From Candidatus Nanoarchaeia archaeon (GTDB taxonomy: Archaea; Nanobdellota; Nanobdellia; Woesearchaeales; GW2011-AR9), in NCBI GenBank assembly GCA_035289385.1, contig DATDXI010000012.1, forward strand, positions 9,871-73,870: 64,000 bases of DNA, given 5' to 3'. This document shows positions 36,710-46,100 of this stretch, piece by piece. Every line of letters begins with the position of its first letter. Positions within the stretch are counted from its first letter, which is position 1. The notes beneath the pieces are model-generated. The model was not told where the DNA came from. It searched no databases and was given only the letters and a program-made list of their open reading frames with translations. The translations under genes and the position numbers were made by a program.

Positions 36710-37489
36710 TCACAACCCGCCACTCACTTTAATCGTTTCTCCCGTCATATAATTGCACTTGTCGCTGGCCAAAAATAAGATAACTTCAGCGATCTCTTCA
36801 GGACGAGCCATCCTCTTTAATGGGATCTGGTCAATCTGCTTTCGTATCCTATCCGTAAGCGTCTTCTCCGTCATCGTCGTATCGGTAAATCCTGGCGCAA
36901 CCGCATTCACCAAAATGTGAGGAGCAAATTCTTTTGCCATATTTGACGTCAAGCTCATGATAGCTGCCTTAGAAGCAGCATAAGCTGTACTGCCAGGAAT
37001 ATGAAGATACCCTTTTATAGAAGCGATATTGATGATCTTACCCTGCCTATTCCTTATCATTTGAGGAAGGACTGCTTTAGAAAAATTCACCGTGCCAAGG
37101 ACATTCACGTCAAATGTTTCTTTCCAGCTCTCCGTTGTCTGCTCCAAGAATGGCTTTGATAGATTGACTCCTGCAGAATTGACGAGAACATCAATTTCAC
37201 CGAGAGCTTCAACTGCTTTCTTCACTTGAAGCTCATCTGAAACATCACAGGAGATATATTCAGCCCCTATTTCAGAAGCAAGATTGACCAATTCTGCTGA
37301 CTGAGTTTTACCATGGAGAATTACTTTAGCGCCATAAGCAGCAGCAAGCTTTGCTATGGAAGCTCCTATCCCTCGAGAAGAGCCGGTGATAAGGATTGTT
37401 TTACCGCCCAATGGGCTTTTACCACTTAATGGACTCTTACCACCTAATAGACTTTTACCGCTGAGGAGATCAGTAGCTGTAATGGTCAA
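36710..37489 (-). CDS. SDR-family oxidoreductase (FabG-like)
   Basis: KTILITGSSRGIGASIAKLAA, YAASKAAIMSLT. The N-terminal LSGKSLLGGKSPLSGKSPLGGK is encoded by an 18-bp tandem repeat (37399-37465). The gene overlaps the upstream gene by 20 nt. Confidence 0.8.
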   Translation of the reverse strand: MTITATDLLSGKSLLGGKSPLSGKSPLGGKTILITGSSRGIGASIAKLAAAYGAKVILHGKTQSAELVNLASEIGAEYISCDVSDELQVKKAVEALGEIDVLVNSAGVNLSKPFLEQTTESWKETFDVNVLGTVNFSKAVLPQMIRNRQGKIINIASIKGYLHIPGSTAYAASKAAIMSLTSNMAKEFAPHILVNAVAPGFTDTTMTEKTLTDRIRKQIDQIPLKRMARPEEIAEVILFLASDKCNYMTGETIKVSGGL

Positions 37490-38483
37490 TCACCTCCATG
37501 ATCTGATTGATGATGACCTCTCGGATATCTTCCCTCTTCTCCAATTCAGACATCATTGTTTTAAAGCGAGGCGATGAAAAGAGATAATGTCCGGCAATGC
37601 AAGCGCAAAGGAATTTGTTTTCTGCAGTATTATCCTGCAGCCATTTCTTCCATTTGCCGCTCTGATACACTTCATCGATAAAATCACCGAAGGGAATGCC
37701 ATACATCAGGCATTTATTCAGCACCAGCATGGTTTGGACAACACCTAGCTGAGGAGCGATATTCATCGCATCGACGATGCCTTGCCGCGCCAGTATCTCG
37801 TCTTTAGAAAGATAATCTGCATTATGCTCCTTTAACTTAAGGCCCTTTCTCTGTAATAATTCATGAACTTTAGCAATGAATCCGGGATTGAAATTTCCCG
37901 CCTGATTGATCTCTTTCACTAAGCTTCCTGTCTGCACGACATAAAATAGAGGGTTGCAGAATTCTTTAAAGAAATCGATCTCTTCCTCTAGCTCATGCAG
38001 GTTCGCTAGGCTAAAGTTTGTCCCTTCATTCTCATCCGTCCCTATCTCCAGCTCCAGGTTAGGATTTAATTCCAGACAAAGCTCGATCGCTTTTTTAGAC
38101 GCAGCAAAGCGCTCCCCTTTGCTTCCTTGAAAATGGCAGAAATCTATGTGGATGAGGTCAAAGCCATGCTTAACATCTGAACGGATGGACTCATACGTAT
38201 CATCCAGGTTAAAATTACCATTAAATCCCGGGCCACAATGGTCGCGGCAGATCTTCACGCTGCTGTGAGGATAGGTGCTCCTCATCTTTCTGATAAAGTC
38301 CATGAACTGCTTTGTCGTCCAGTTGTTGACATAACCACCCTTATGGTCCACTTGATTCTTAGAAGGGATGAGCATGAGGGGCCTTCTCTGATAATGCGAT
38401 ACGCGGAATACTGCCTCAACGATCTCCTCACTCATCGGGCCTATCCCTAACTCCAGGTCATATTTTCTAAGCGTAGTCTCCAT
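37470..38483 (-). CDS. GatZ/KbaZ-like TIM-barrel protein (tagatose-bisphosphate aldolase accessory / ketose-6-phosphate 4-epimerase family), short form
   Basis: Collinear with E. coli GatZ strings: SKNQVDHKGGYVNNWTTKQFMDFI (vs [23 protein letters not shown]), CRDHCGPGF (vs GGDHLGPN), GFDLIHIDFC (vs GFSKIHLDAS), LEIGTDE (vs VIGTEV). Confidence 0.5.
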   Translation of the reverse strand: METTLRKYDLELGIGPMSEEIVEAVFRVSHYQRRPLMLIPSKNQVDHKGGYVNNWTTKQFMDFIRKMRSTYPHSSVKICRDHCGPGFNGNFNLDDTYESIRSDVKHGFDLIHIDFCHFQGSKGERFAASKKAIELCLELNPNLELEIGTDENEGTNFSLANLHELEEEIDFFKEFCNPLFYVVQTGSLVKEINQAGNFNPGFIAKVHELLQRKGLKLKEHNADYLSKDEILARQGIVDAMNIAPQLGVVQTMLVLNKCLMYGIPFGDFIDEVYQSGKWKKWLQDNTAENKFLCACIAGHYLFSSPRFKTMMSELEKREDIREVIINQIMEVIDHYSY

Positions 38484-40065
38484 TTTCCATCAGTGCCTTG
38501 TATAACATGAGTTTTCCCATGTAGTAGATCAGAAGGTCAAAAGGATCATGGTGCAGCGGCGACATATTAAGGTAAATTAAAGCACGGAGAATCTTTATCT
38601 TGCGAAGATCAAACTTGTTCCTGGACAAGAACGACTCATATTCCTCTTTTGCATCTAAGAGGTCATTCTTGATGGCAAAATTATAATAAACGCTGGTACC
38701 GCTCATGTCAAAGGTAAATTTTCCTTCTTTGATAAGCTTGTAGGATATCGTCAATCCTCCATAAAGCTTGGCAAGGTCATAATACAGGTCTCCGAACTTG
38801 GTCATGCCACCAAAATCCTGCCTCCAGTCCAGGAGGATAAACTTTTGGAGATTGCTGCTGGGATCTCTGGTGACTAGAATATTGTCAAACTGCAGGTCGC
38901 CGTGGAAATTTGAGGGAATACCATTGTTGATCTCCTCCCAATTGATCTTCGCAAGCAGCTCTTTCAGCGCCGGTACTCTGACCCCGTTGATGATGTTGGG
39001 AGTATCTTCAAGACCTTTCTTGTCATAGAACATCTCTACCCGCTGGATGGTTTTCTCTTGGTAGAATCTTTTACATGCTTGTGAAAACTCTTTCTTCTCT
39101 TCATCAGAGAGATCTATTTTTTTCCAAAGCTCAAATTTTATCCACTGAAGAAAATCATGGACTATTTGAGTGTTCAGGACATCATAAAGCACCTGGCCAT
39201 CTATCCTTTTATAAGAATAAAAATTGTCTTTGCGCTTTTCTATCTCTGGACAGAGGCCTTTCAGATGAAGAGCCCTTTCACAGCGCTTTGAAGCGATGTC
39301 TTGGTCGGCAAAAAATTTTACTACCCTCCCATTGACAAAATAGATGAACTCATCGCCTTTGCTGAAATCGAACGCAGCAGTACTGCCGGAAAAATTCTTA
39401 TTGGTCTCTATGTAATTATCCAGTGTTCCTGTATCAAACCAAGTGAATCCTACCGGAATGAGCTTATTCTCAATCAATCCCCTAAAGCCATTTGATACCT
39501 GCACTTCACCGCTCTTGATCTCTTTATTCTTCTCCAGTGAGGCAAAGAATGTCTCATGATCATAGATTCCAGCAAGGCCCAAAAATGCAAACTTATTGTC
39601 CGTCTTGATCTTGTCATCGAGCTGAAAAACTAAATTATTTTTGATCTTGACTGTACAGTAATCTTCCGTTTTCTTCACAGGCGCGATGCCAAACCAGTTC
39701 TTGTCAGGGACAGGGATATCTTCCAGGATGAGCGTGTCAGCTACACACAGGACAAAGGGACACTGAAGATGCTCCTTGCACTGAAGGAGAGAATGCCCCG
39801 GCCCTGCTCCTGGGCCCATATACTCATCGATAGCAACGAAGGTAAATTTTCTTTCGGGATGAGCTAGGGAGAGATAATTTATCACCGTTTCTTTCTTATG
39901 TCCTACGGCTATGACCATTTCCACTTCCTTAGGAAATTTTTCAACATGATAAGATATCGCTGCCTTAAAGTTGACGGGGAGGATAGAAGTGTTGATATGT
40001 TTGGAAAGGGCACCCATCCGGTTTCCTACACCTGCCGCTAGAATACATACTTTATAATTGTCCAT
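38467..40065 (-). CDS. Bifunctional nucleotidyltransferase (LicC/MurU-like) fused to an APH-fold kinase (AmgK/choline-kinase-like)
   Basis: N-terminus: YKVCILAAGVGNRMG...ILPV. C-terminus: Brenner motif HGDLQFDNILV and LLDWRQDFGG. The start at 40065 was chosen by alignment with the paralog at 41762-42466; the ORF opens at 40095. The gene overlaps the downstream gene by 17 nt. Confidence 0.7.
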   Translation of the reverse strand: MDNYKVCILAAGVGNRMGALSKHINTSILPVNFKAAISYHVEKFPKEVEMVIAVGHKKETVINYLSLAHPERKFTFVAIDEYMGPGAGPGHSLLQCKEHLQCPFVLCVADTLILEDIPVPDKNWFGIAPVKKTEDYCTVKIKNNLVFQLDDKIKTDNKFAFLGLAGIYDHETFFASLEKNKEIKSGEVQVSNGFRGLIENKLIPVGFTWFDTGTLDNYIETNKNFSGSTAAFDFSKGDEFIYFVNGRVVKFFADQDIASKRCERALHLKGLCPEIEKRKDNFYSYKRIDGQVLYDVLNTQIVHDFLQWIKFELWKKIDLSDEEKKEFSQACKRFYQEKTIQRVEMFYDKKGLEDTPNIINGVRVPALKELLAKINWEEINNGIPSNFHGDLQFDNILVTRDPSSNLQKFILLDWRQDFGGMTKFGDLYYDLAKLYGGLTISYKLIKEGKFTFDMSGTSVYYNFAIKNDLLDAKEEYESFLSRNKFDLRKIKILRALIYLNMSPLHHDPFDLLIYYMGKLMLYKALMENGDYA

Positions 40066-40411
40066 CCTCTTCACACGTCCATGCCTTTTAGCCATTCATG
40101 CTGGTAGCATCATGCTTATAGCGCCATATTAATAGCACTTATAGCATCATGTTGATAGCACCTTTTCGGCTTCACACGAACAGGAATGAACTTTAAATTT
40201 CTCTTTATAAATATTATGAACGAGGAGATTAGGAGAGACAGAACTCCAGAAATATCCCCTATTTTCCACTTCTTAGATTATTTCACAAAATATGAGGTTG
40301 TACCACAATATTTAATAATGCCCACCAATATTATCGCACTAGTGATTCCATTTAAATTATTGATAATCAAGACATTGATGATCAAGATATTGATGATGAA
40401 AATAGAAAGAG

Positions 40412-40882
40412 GTGTTGGAAACGGAAACTAAGATCTCAGCGGAGGCATATGTTCTTGCTCCAGACCAGGATACCAGGGTGGAGCTGAGTTGGGAAAAAGT
40501 AAGGGACGAAATTGTTGCATTGGCAGCAAAGATAGATTATTCTCCAGACATCATCATAGGTATAGCCAGAGGAGGGATGGTCCCTTCTATCTTGCTTTCC
40601 CAGCAATTGAACATAGAGAATATCCATGCCCTTAAAGTGGTCAAGCACGGCACGAGAAGAGAGGTCATCGCAGAGGTCTTCACTGACGTTTCAGGGAAGA
40701 ACGTTCTTGTCGTTGACGACATGCTTGAGACAGGCAATGGCATGAAAGAAGTTAAAAAGTTTCTTGAAGCAAAAGGCGCAGATGTCAGGACAGCCTGCCT
40801 GTATGTCATGCCTCACACAGAGTTCAATCCAGATTATTCCCTGCAGGGCATGACAAAAGTCATCAAGTTCCCCTGGGACTGA
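40412..40882 (+). CDS. Type I phosphoribosyltransferase (purine PRTase-like)
   Basis: DIIIGIARGGMVPS and the PRPP motif VLVVDDMLETGNGM. GTG/TTG start; the exact start is uncertain. Confidence 0.65.
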   Translation: MLETETKISAEAYVLAPDQDTRVELSWEKVRDEIVALAAKIDYSPDIIIGIARGGMVPSILLSQQLNIENIHALKVVKHGTRREVIAEVFTDVSGKNVLVVDDMLETGNGMKEVKKFLEAKGADVRTACLYVMPHTEFNPDYSLQGMTKVIKFPWD

Positions 40883-40904
40883 TGTTTATCATGGTATTAG
40901 GGAA

Positions 40905-41576
40905 TTATTTTGTTACCATTCTAGATGATTGACCTGCACTAATAGGTATCATCATTTCTCTGGCATATTCCACCAAATCAAGAGGTACATCTGGCTGCTC
41001 AACACACCAGCCTTTCTCTGACCAGTCAGCTATCTTTACCAACTCCGTCATAGCTTCCATTTGATCTCTTGGTCTCGTCGGATCAAAGATATAATTTGTT
41101 CCTGTTCTCCTGTACTCTGCTGTAAACTGTTTTTCTGCCGCTTTAAGAAGATGGACCGCATGAACTCTTCTCATCTGGGTTGGATGAATAATTATCGTCA
41201 AATGGCTATGAGATAGCTCGTGGTGAACGATAGTATCTATCCCCAATGCTGAATTCTCTGCTCCATTCCTCGCTTCTGCTTCGACATAAATATGATTCTG
41301 AGGGACTCCATGAACAATATTCAGGAGTAATGCCTGCCATTTTGCTTCCGGAACCTTTAGATCACCCAAATAACCTGAATCTTTGCCTAATCCCCCAGTA
41401 AACAGAACATATCCCACTAGTTGGGAATGGTACAGCTCTGCTGCTCGTTCCGCAACGAGAGGATCATCTCGGCAGAAGACGAAAGCTCCATCTGACCTTT
41501 CAAGAGGATGCGTCGGATTATAGAGATAATCAAATATGTCTCTTATTTTCTGCGGCTCAACAGGCATTTTATTCAT
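40905..41576 (-). CDS. DUF218 (YdcF/ElyC/SanA-like) domain protein
   Basis: VLFTGGLGKDSG and GVPQNHIYVEAEARNGAENS resemble DUF218 core motifs. Confidence 0.45.
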   Translation of the reverse strand: MNKMPVEPQKIRDIFDYLYNPTHPLERSDGAFVFCRDDPLVAERAAELYHSQLVGYVLFTGGLGKDSGYLGDLKVPEAKWQALLLNIVHGVPQNHIYVEAEARNGAENSALGIDTIVHHELSHSHLTIIIHPTQMRRVHAVHLLKAAEKQFTAEYRRTGTNYIFDPTRPRDQMEAMTELVKIADWSEKGWCVEQPDVPLDLVEYAREMMIPISAGQSSRMVTK

Positions 41577-41605
41577 CAGTTCTACTCCATATTTTTACGA
41601 GTAAA

Positions 41606-41724
41606 GAAATTCCTAAAAATTGCTACCCCGCAGCAAGCTACGGGGCATTACGCAATTTTTCGAGACGGAATTTCTAACTCCACGTTGGGTTACGCAGCAA
41701 GCTGTGGGGTATGAACCCCAACGT
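41606..41724. other. Two adjacent extended hairpins, each carrying a copy of the 17-nt box CGCAGCAAGCT(A/G)(C/T)GGGG; candidate small RNA or regulatory/terminator element
   Basis: Hairpin I (41606-41674) is built from GAAATTCC/GGAATTTC, AAAAATTGC/GCAATTTTT and CCCCG/CGGGG. Hairpin II (41682-41724) pairs ACGTTGGG with CCCAACGT. The box copies lie at 41629-41645 and 41693-41709 (period 64), and each contains the dyad GCAGC-AA-GCTG. Confidence 0.35.
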
Positions 41725-41761
41725 TGGAATCAGTTTTAGTCACTATTTTTACTCTTCAGAT

Positions 41762-42466
41762 CTATCCCCCTTGATACGAAATCCCATCAGGATAATTTTG
41801 AACAGCATGCTGATACGAGCTCTTCGTTCCCGTATCGAACCAGCTGAACTTCTGGATCTCCATGCCCTTCTTGATCAGCGCTTGAAATCCATTCGACACT
41901 TGGATTTCTCCACCTATCACCGTCTTGTTCTGTTCCAGATTGCTCCAGAAAGTTGAATGATCATAAACACCGGCAAGACCGATAAAAGCAAATCTGTTGT
42001 CGCACTTCACTTTATCATCTATGCGGATAACTTTGCCATTTTTTTCTTTCACCGAACAGAATCTGGAGGTATCAGGAACTTCCGCCACGCCAAACCAATT
42101 GGCAGTTGGAGCAGGAACAACTTCCTTTACAAGAGTATCAGCTGAAAAAAAGATGAATGGGCATTGCAGCTTATCCTTGCAGCAGAGCAGGGAATATCCT
42201 GGGCCAGTTCCTTCCCCCTCAAACTTATCTACATGGACAAATTCCAAGGACCTGGTAGGATAATTGACGGTAAGATAATCTATCACCGTCTCTTTCTTGT
42301 AGCCTACGGCTATCACTATCAGAACATTTTCAGGAAATTTCTCGATGATGTGGCAGATAGCAGGCTTACCATGGACAGGGATGAGCGCTTTATTGAACGT
42401 CTTGGTGAAATAGCTCATCCTAACCCCTAATCCTGCAGTCAAGATGCATACTTTATATTTTTCCAT
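41762..42466 (-). CDS. Stand-alone nucleotidyltransferase, paralog of the N-terminal domain of the gene at 38467-40065
   Basis: MEKYKVCILTAGLGVRMS...ALIPVHGKPAI...IAVGYKKETVIDYL...GTGPGYSLLCCKDKLQCPFIFFSADTLV is nearly collinear with the fused paralog. Confidence 0.75.
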   Translation of the reverse strand: MEKYKVCILTAGLGVRMSYFTKTFNKALIPVHGKPAICHIIEKFPENVLIVIAVGYKKETVIDYLTVNYPTRSLEFVHVDKFEGEGTGPGYSLLCCKDKLQCPFIFFSADTLVKEVVPAPTANWFGVAEVPDTSRFCSVKEKNGKVIRIDDKVKCDNRFAFIGLAGVYDHSTFWSNLEQNKTVIGGEIQVSNGFQALIKKGMEIQKFSWFDTGTKSSYQHAVQNYPDGISYQGG

Positions 42467-42575
42467 GATAATATCCTCCTCTATCAGTATTATCTTTCTA
42501 TCTCTATCAGTATAATCTTCCTATCTCTCTCAAATAATCATTTCTTGAAGTTTATTTCTTGAAGTTTACTAGTTA

Positions 42576-42938
42576 TCATTGTTTAAATGCTTTTATGCTT
42601 TTGATCTTCCCTTGTAGAGAAAATTCCAATATGTCTATTACTCTTATTTTTTCTTTGCCATTGATCGTTATCAATAAATCACCGATAATCACATTTCCAT
42701 CCTGATATATATTTAATGGCTCAACAAATATCCTCTCTACCGACTCAAATATTGCCTTGACTGCTTCTATGATGTTATCCTTCTCTTGAATATTATTCTC
42801 CCAATCAATAAGTAAGGCTTTAGAATCAAGCATATCGCTGATTTTATCACTATTTTTATCTGAAAATAGTTGAAAATACTCCCTGGCAGCTCCTTTAAAA
42901 TCCTTTTTTACTTTCTTTAAATCTCTTCCTGCTTCCAT
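42576..42938 (-). CDS. Small NTF2/SnoaL-like fold protein (tentative)
   Basis: About 120 aa with a pattern compatible with an NTF2-like cone. No catalytic motif was recognised. The ATG at 42938 is preferred over the GTG at 42944. Confidence 0.3.
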   Translation of the reverse strand: MEAGRDLKKVKKDFKGAAREYFQLFSDKNSDKISDMLDSKALLIDWENNIQEKDNIIEAVKAIFESVERIFVEPLNIYQDGNVIIGDLLITINGKEKIRVIDILEFSLQGKIKSIKAFKQ

Positions 42939-43146
42939 GTTCACGTTACAGCATCAACAGCAAAAAAGACTTATAATGCTTATGGAATATAGTGCTTAGG
43001 GAGTATAAGGCTTATGGGGGATAGTGCTTATGGAAGAGGAGAGGTGGTATCATTAGAGTGAATACATCAGTGGAAAGCTCTGCTTCTGATGGTAAACCCC
43101 GCAATCTCATCTAAAAGAGCTAATAGAACAACAACTGAAATAAAAA

Positions 43147-44706
43147 TTAACATTCCGGCAGCATTATTTTCTCATTCCGCAACTTGGCAAAATCAAATTT
43201 CTCCCAGCGCAGAGCCATCAATCGCTCAAATAATTCCTGATTAGCCTCATAATCCACTTCACATCTCTTGATCTGCGGATAATATTCCTCTGGCAACGCT
43301 ACATACAGCATGAATACTCTCCAGAGATTCTTGATCTCTTCCGCGCTAAGATATGGTGGAGGCATCTCTAACAAGGATTCCTGAGTAAAGGTGACCATCG
43401 GCTTGTCTGGAGAAAGAAATCCCTTCTCAATGCATAACTTTGTCAATTCCTGCCCCGGCTGCGGCTGGAAGATAGATACGGAACAGACAGAAGGCTTGAT
43501 CCTCCGGCATAAGTCGACCGTCATGAAATAATCTTCCCGCGTCTCGTACGGCAAACCCATCATACAGAATGCGTTGCAGCGGATATCATATTTATGCAGC
43601 AGGTCAAACGCAGTGATCACCTGTTCAGCCTTACACTCTCTGTTGCATACCTGAAGGATCTTCTCTGAACCGGACTCCACACCTATGCTTACTTGGAAAG
43701 GGATATTATATTGTACGATCTCCCGCAGCTTTTCATCACTCACTGTTTCAGCTCTTGTCTGGAAGATGAAGGGCTTCCCGATCTCTGCGGCATAGCGTTT
43801 CATGAAATCTCTTAGCCAAGAAAAAGGATGAGATAGAAAACATTCATCAGTAAATTGGAAAATATCTATCTTATGGTCATCGACCATCATCTTCATATGC
43901 TCCATGCAAGAATCCAACGGTCTCTTGATCAGGAACTTGGTCAATGGCTCTGGCTCTTCACCACCTTGAGTATAAATCTTCTTCAGGGCAGTATTTCCGC
44001 AGTAGGAGCAGCTGAACGGGCATCCCCTCGCCACTTCCATATCATATCTCCTTATCATCTTCCCATCGAATGGGCGCACAAAATAAGCATCATCAAAGAA
44101 CGAGAAATCCTGTTTGACGTCCCAAAGCTCTTCCGCAGAAGCCAGGCGCCGCCGTGGATTCGTCTTTACCGTCTTGCTCTGCCGGTCATAAAAATATGTC
44201 CCTCTGATCTCCGTAAGTTTTTCACCATTCTCGATCTTATCTAAGAGTTCTTTGAATGTCAACTCCCCTTGGCCTATAGCGACGAGATCAAACAGCCCAG
44301 ATTCAGCAACCTCCATAGGAGATAACGTCGAATGAATACCTCCGATGATGACTGTCGTATCTTTAGGAATCTTCACCTTGTGGAAGAACGTTAACAGAAA
44401 TTGGTATTCATAAGACATCGCATTGATGACGATAAGATCAGGATGGAAGCTGTCAATTCTTTCTTGAAGATCCGGAACTATCCTTTCTTTAGGTATTTTC
44501 CCGTCAGCGAAGAACATAAACCCTTTCTTGAATCCACCTGCCTTCTCTTTCTCTGTCGATGAATCCATGCCGGTCTCATGCTTATAAGTATCAAAGTACT
44601 CTGCCTTCCAACCCTTATGGCGGGCAATTCCTGCTAATGATGGAATGACCGTGCTGATGGCCGCCCAATTTGCAGAGTTTGGAAAAAAAAACAACACCTT
44701 TTTCAT
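43147..44706 (-). CDS. B12-binding-domain radical SAM enzyme (class B)
   Basis: The N-terminus is flavodoxin-like and B12-binding-like (KKVLFFFPN...). The radical SAM cluster motif is ARGCPFSCSYCGN (CxxxCxxC). The start is leaderless, 26 nt from the TATA box at 44730-44738. Confidence 0.8.
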   Translation of the reverse strand: MKKVLFFFPNSANWAAISTVIPSLAGIARHKGWKAEYFDTYKHETGMDSSTEKEKAGGFKKGFMFFADGKIPKERIVPDLQERIDSFHPDLIVINAMSYEYQFLLTFFHKVKIPKDTTVIIGGIHSTLSPMEVAESGLFDLVAIGQGELTFKELLDKIENGEKLTEIRGTYFYDRQSKTVKTNPRRRLASAEELWDVKQDFSFFDDAYFVRPFDGKMIRRYDMEVARGCPFSCSYCGNTALKKIYTQGGEEPEPLTKFLIKRPLDSCMEHMKMMVDDHKIDIFQFTDECFLSHPFSWLRDFMKRYAAEIGKPFIFQTRAETVSDEKLREIVQYNIPFQVSIGVESGSEKILQVCNRECKAEQVITAFDLLHKYDIRCNAFCMMGLPYETREDYFMTVDLCRRIKPSVCSVSIFQPQPGQELTKLCIEKGFLSPDKPMVTFTQESLLEMPPPYLSAEEIKNLWRVFMLYVALPEEYYPQIKRCEVDYEANQELFERLMALRWEKFDFAKLRNEKIMLPEC

Positions 44707-44729
44707 AGGGTAATGGGGGAGAGATATAC

Positions 44730-44738
44730 TTTATAAAA
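44730..44738 (-). promoter_or_regulatory. TATA box for the leaderless radical SAM gene
   Basis: TTTATAAAA, with the centre about 27 nt upstream of the ATG at 44706. Confidence 0.45.
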
Positions 44739-44761
44739 TTATCGCTGCTCTAACGAAAGGC

Positions 44762-44769
44762 TTTTATAT
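44762..44769 (+). promoter_or_regulatory. TATA box for the leaderless gene at 44791
   Basis: TTTTATAT, with the centre 26 nt upstream of the ATG at 44791. Confidence 0.45.
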
Positions 44770-44790
44770 CATAACCCTGCTCTGGATAGG

Positions 44791-45135
44791 ATGGCAACAA
44801 TCAAAGGGAAATGGTGGAATATCGACATGCCCGATGAAGTCAATCTTATTGTTTCCAAAAAACATGCCTGGAAACAGGATCCAACAGGGTATTTCCTGAT
44901 CCGCATCAACAAAGAAAAGCAGGAGATCGAAGCAGCCTTCTGCGGCAACAACCATAAGATCCAGAAAATAATCGTCGGCAAACACCCGGAAGAGATCTAT
45001 TACACCATGATCCGCGAGGGGCTCATTTCACTTTTGGAACATGCCGCTAATATGGGTAGTGAACTTCAGAAAGCATACTTGGCCATGAAAAATGATCTGA
45101 ACTATGTCCAGGATGATGATCTTATTCTCAAATAA
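44791..45135 (+). CDS. Small conserved-looking protein, possibly DUF4346-like
   Basis: QDPTGYFLIRI ... LLEHAANMGSELQKAYLAM recalls DUF4346-type proteins. This is a recollection only. Confidence 0.3.
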   Translation: MATIKGKWWNIDMPDEVNLIVSKKHAWKQDPTGYFLIRINKEKQEIEAAFCGNNHKIQKIIVGKHPEEIYYTMIREGLISLLEHAANMGSELQKAYLAMKNDLNYVQDDDLILK

Positions 45136-45196
45136 AGTATGATTCTTCCTCAAAGAAAGGCGATACGCATTAATAGTTTTATTATCATAAAGAATG

Positions 45197-46003
45197 TCAC
45201 ATCCCCTGATACCCTAAATAATATTTCTTTGTAAGCTCCAAGAGCTGTCGGTGGTTTTCTTGATTGTTTGAAGCGATGACAACTACAGAATCTGAAGTTA
45301 CCGCATTTCCCAGATAGTCAGTAACAACCCCTCCTGCTTCTTTGACCAGAACAGCGCCTGCCATAAAGTCATAGGAATGAACGGCATCAGAGATAGAGCA
45401 GACAAACTGTCCGGAAGCCACACCAGACAGCTGCAGAACGTTGCTGCCAATAGCACGGATTGTTGCACCACAGCTCAGCAATTCTTCCTGCGTCTTTATT
45501 TTTCGCAATGCCCGGTCGTCCCGAAACGATCCATCTAAAACAACGATACCCTTTGCCAGCGACAGGCTGTTCACCTTTATTTTTGTTCCATTGCAGAAAG
45601 CCCCATTTCCCTTTTCAGCCCAAAATAATTGATTAGTGAAAGGGTTATAAATGACACCAAGCACTGCTTCTCCACCCATCTCCACGCCAATCGATATGCC
45701 GCATATTGGAATTTTATTTTTGAAATTCGTTGTCCCATCTAAAGGATCAACATGCCATCGTATTTTCCCGATACCTGTAGTTCCCGTCTCTTCACCGACG
45801 AAAACGTGGCTTGGAAAGCGCTTCATCACAAGCTCCTTGATCGCCTGTTCTGCCTCTTTATCGGCGATACTGACAACAGTTTTATCTGCCTTTAGCGCAA
45901 AAGAAACATCTCCGCCAAAATACTTCAGAATAATTTCACCAGCTTTTTTTGCTGCTTCTTGAGCAGTAGATAGCATAGTGGTAGGTAGCGTAGTATCCAT
46001 CAT
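45197..46003 (-). CDS. Inositol monophosphatase / fructose-1,6-bisphosphatase family protein
   Basis: FVGEETG and WHVDPLDGTTNF are canonical IMPase metal-binding motifs. Confidence 0.8.
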   Translation of the reverse strand: MMDTTLPTTMLSTAQEAAKKAGEIILKYFGGDVSFALKADKTVVSIADKEAEQAIKELVMKRFPSHVFVGEETGTTGIGKIRWHVDPLDGTTNFKNKIPICGISIGVEMGGEAVLGVIYNPFTNQLFWAEKGNGAFCNGTKIKVNSLSLAKGIVVLDGSFRDDRALRKIKTQEELLSCGATIRAIGSNVLQLSGVASGQFVCSISDAVHSYDFMAGAVLVKEAGGVVTDYLGNAVTSDSVVVIASNNQENHRQLLELTKKYYLGYQGM

Positions 46004-46100
46004 CCTGCCTCATCTGCTTTTACTTTCACTTTTGCTTCAGCTGTTGCTTCAGTTGTTGTTTTAGCTTTTACTTTAGCTGTTGACGGTGAAAAAAGTATTT

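Noticed and set aside
40186-40431. An 81-aa ORF in the gap upstream of the PRTase gene
   Set aside because: It is composed of AT-rich repeat DNA (TTGATGATCAAGA-type tandem units) and has no features of a real protein.
41629-41709. Possible CRISPR remnant (two similar ~22-nt boxes 64 nt apart)
   Set aside because: There are only two copies with 4 mismatches. Both are embedded in larger hairpins, there are no further repeats, and there are no cas genes in the window.
41690-41730. tRNA-like T-arm (minus strand TGGGG-TTCATA-CCCCA)
   Set aside because: The loop is 6 nt rather than 7. No acceptor-stem complement or anticodon arm could be built from the flanking sequence.
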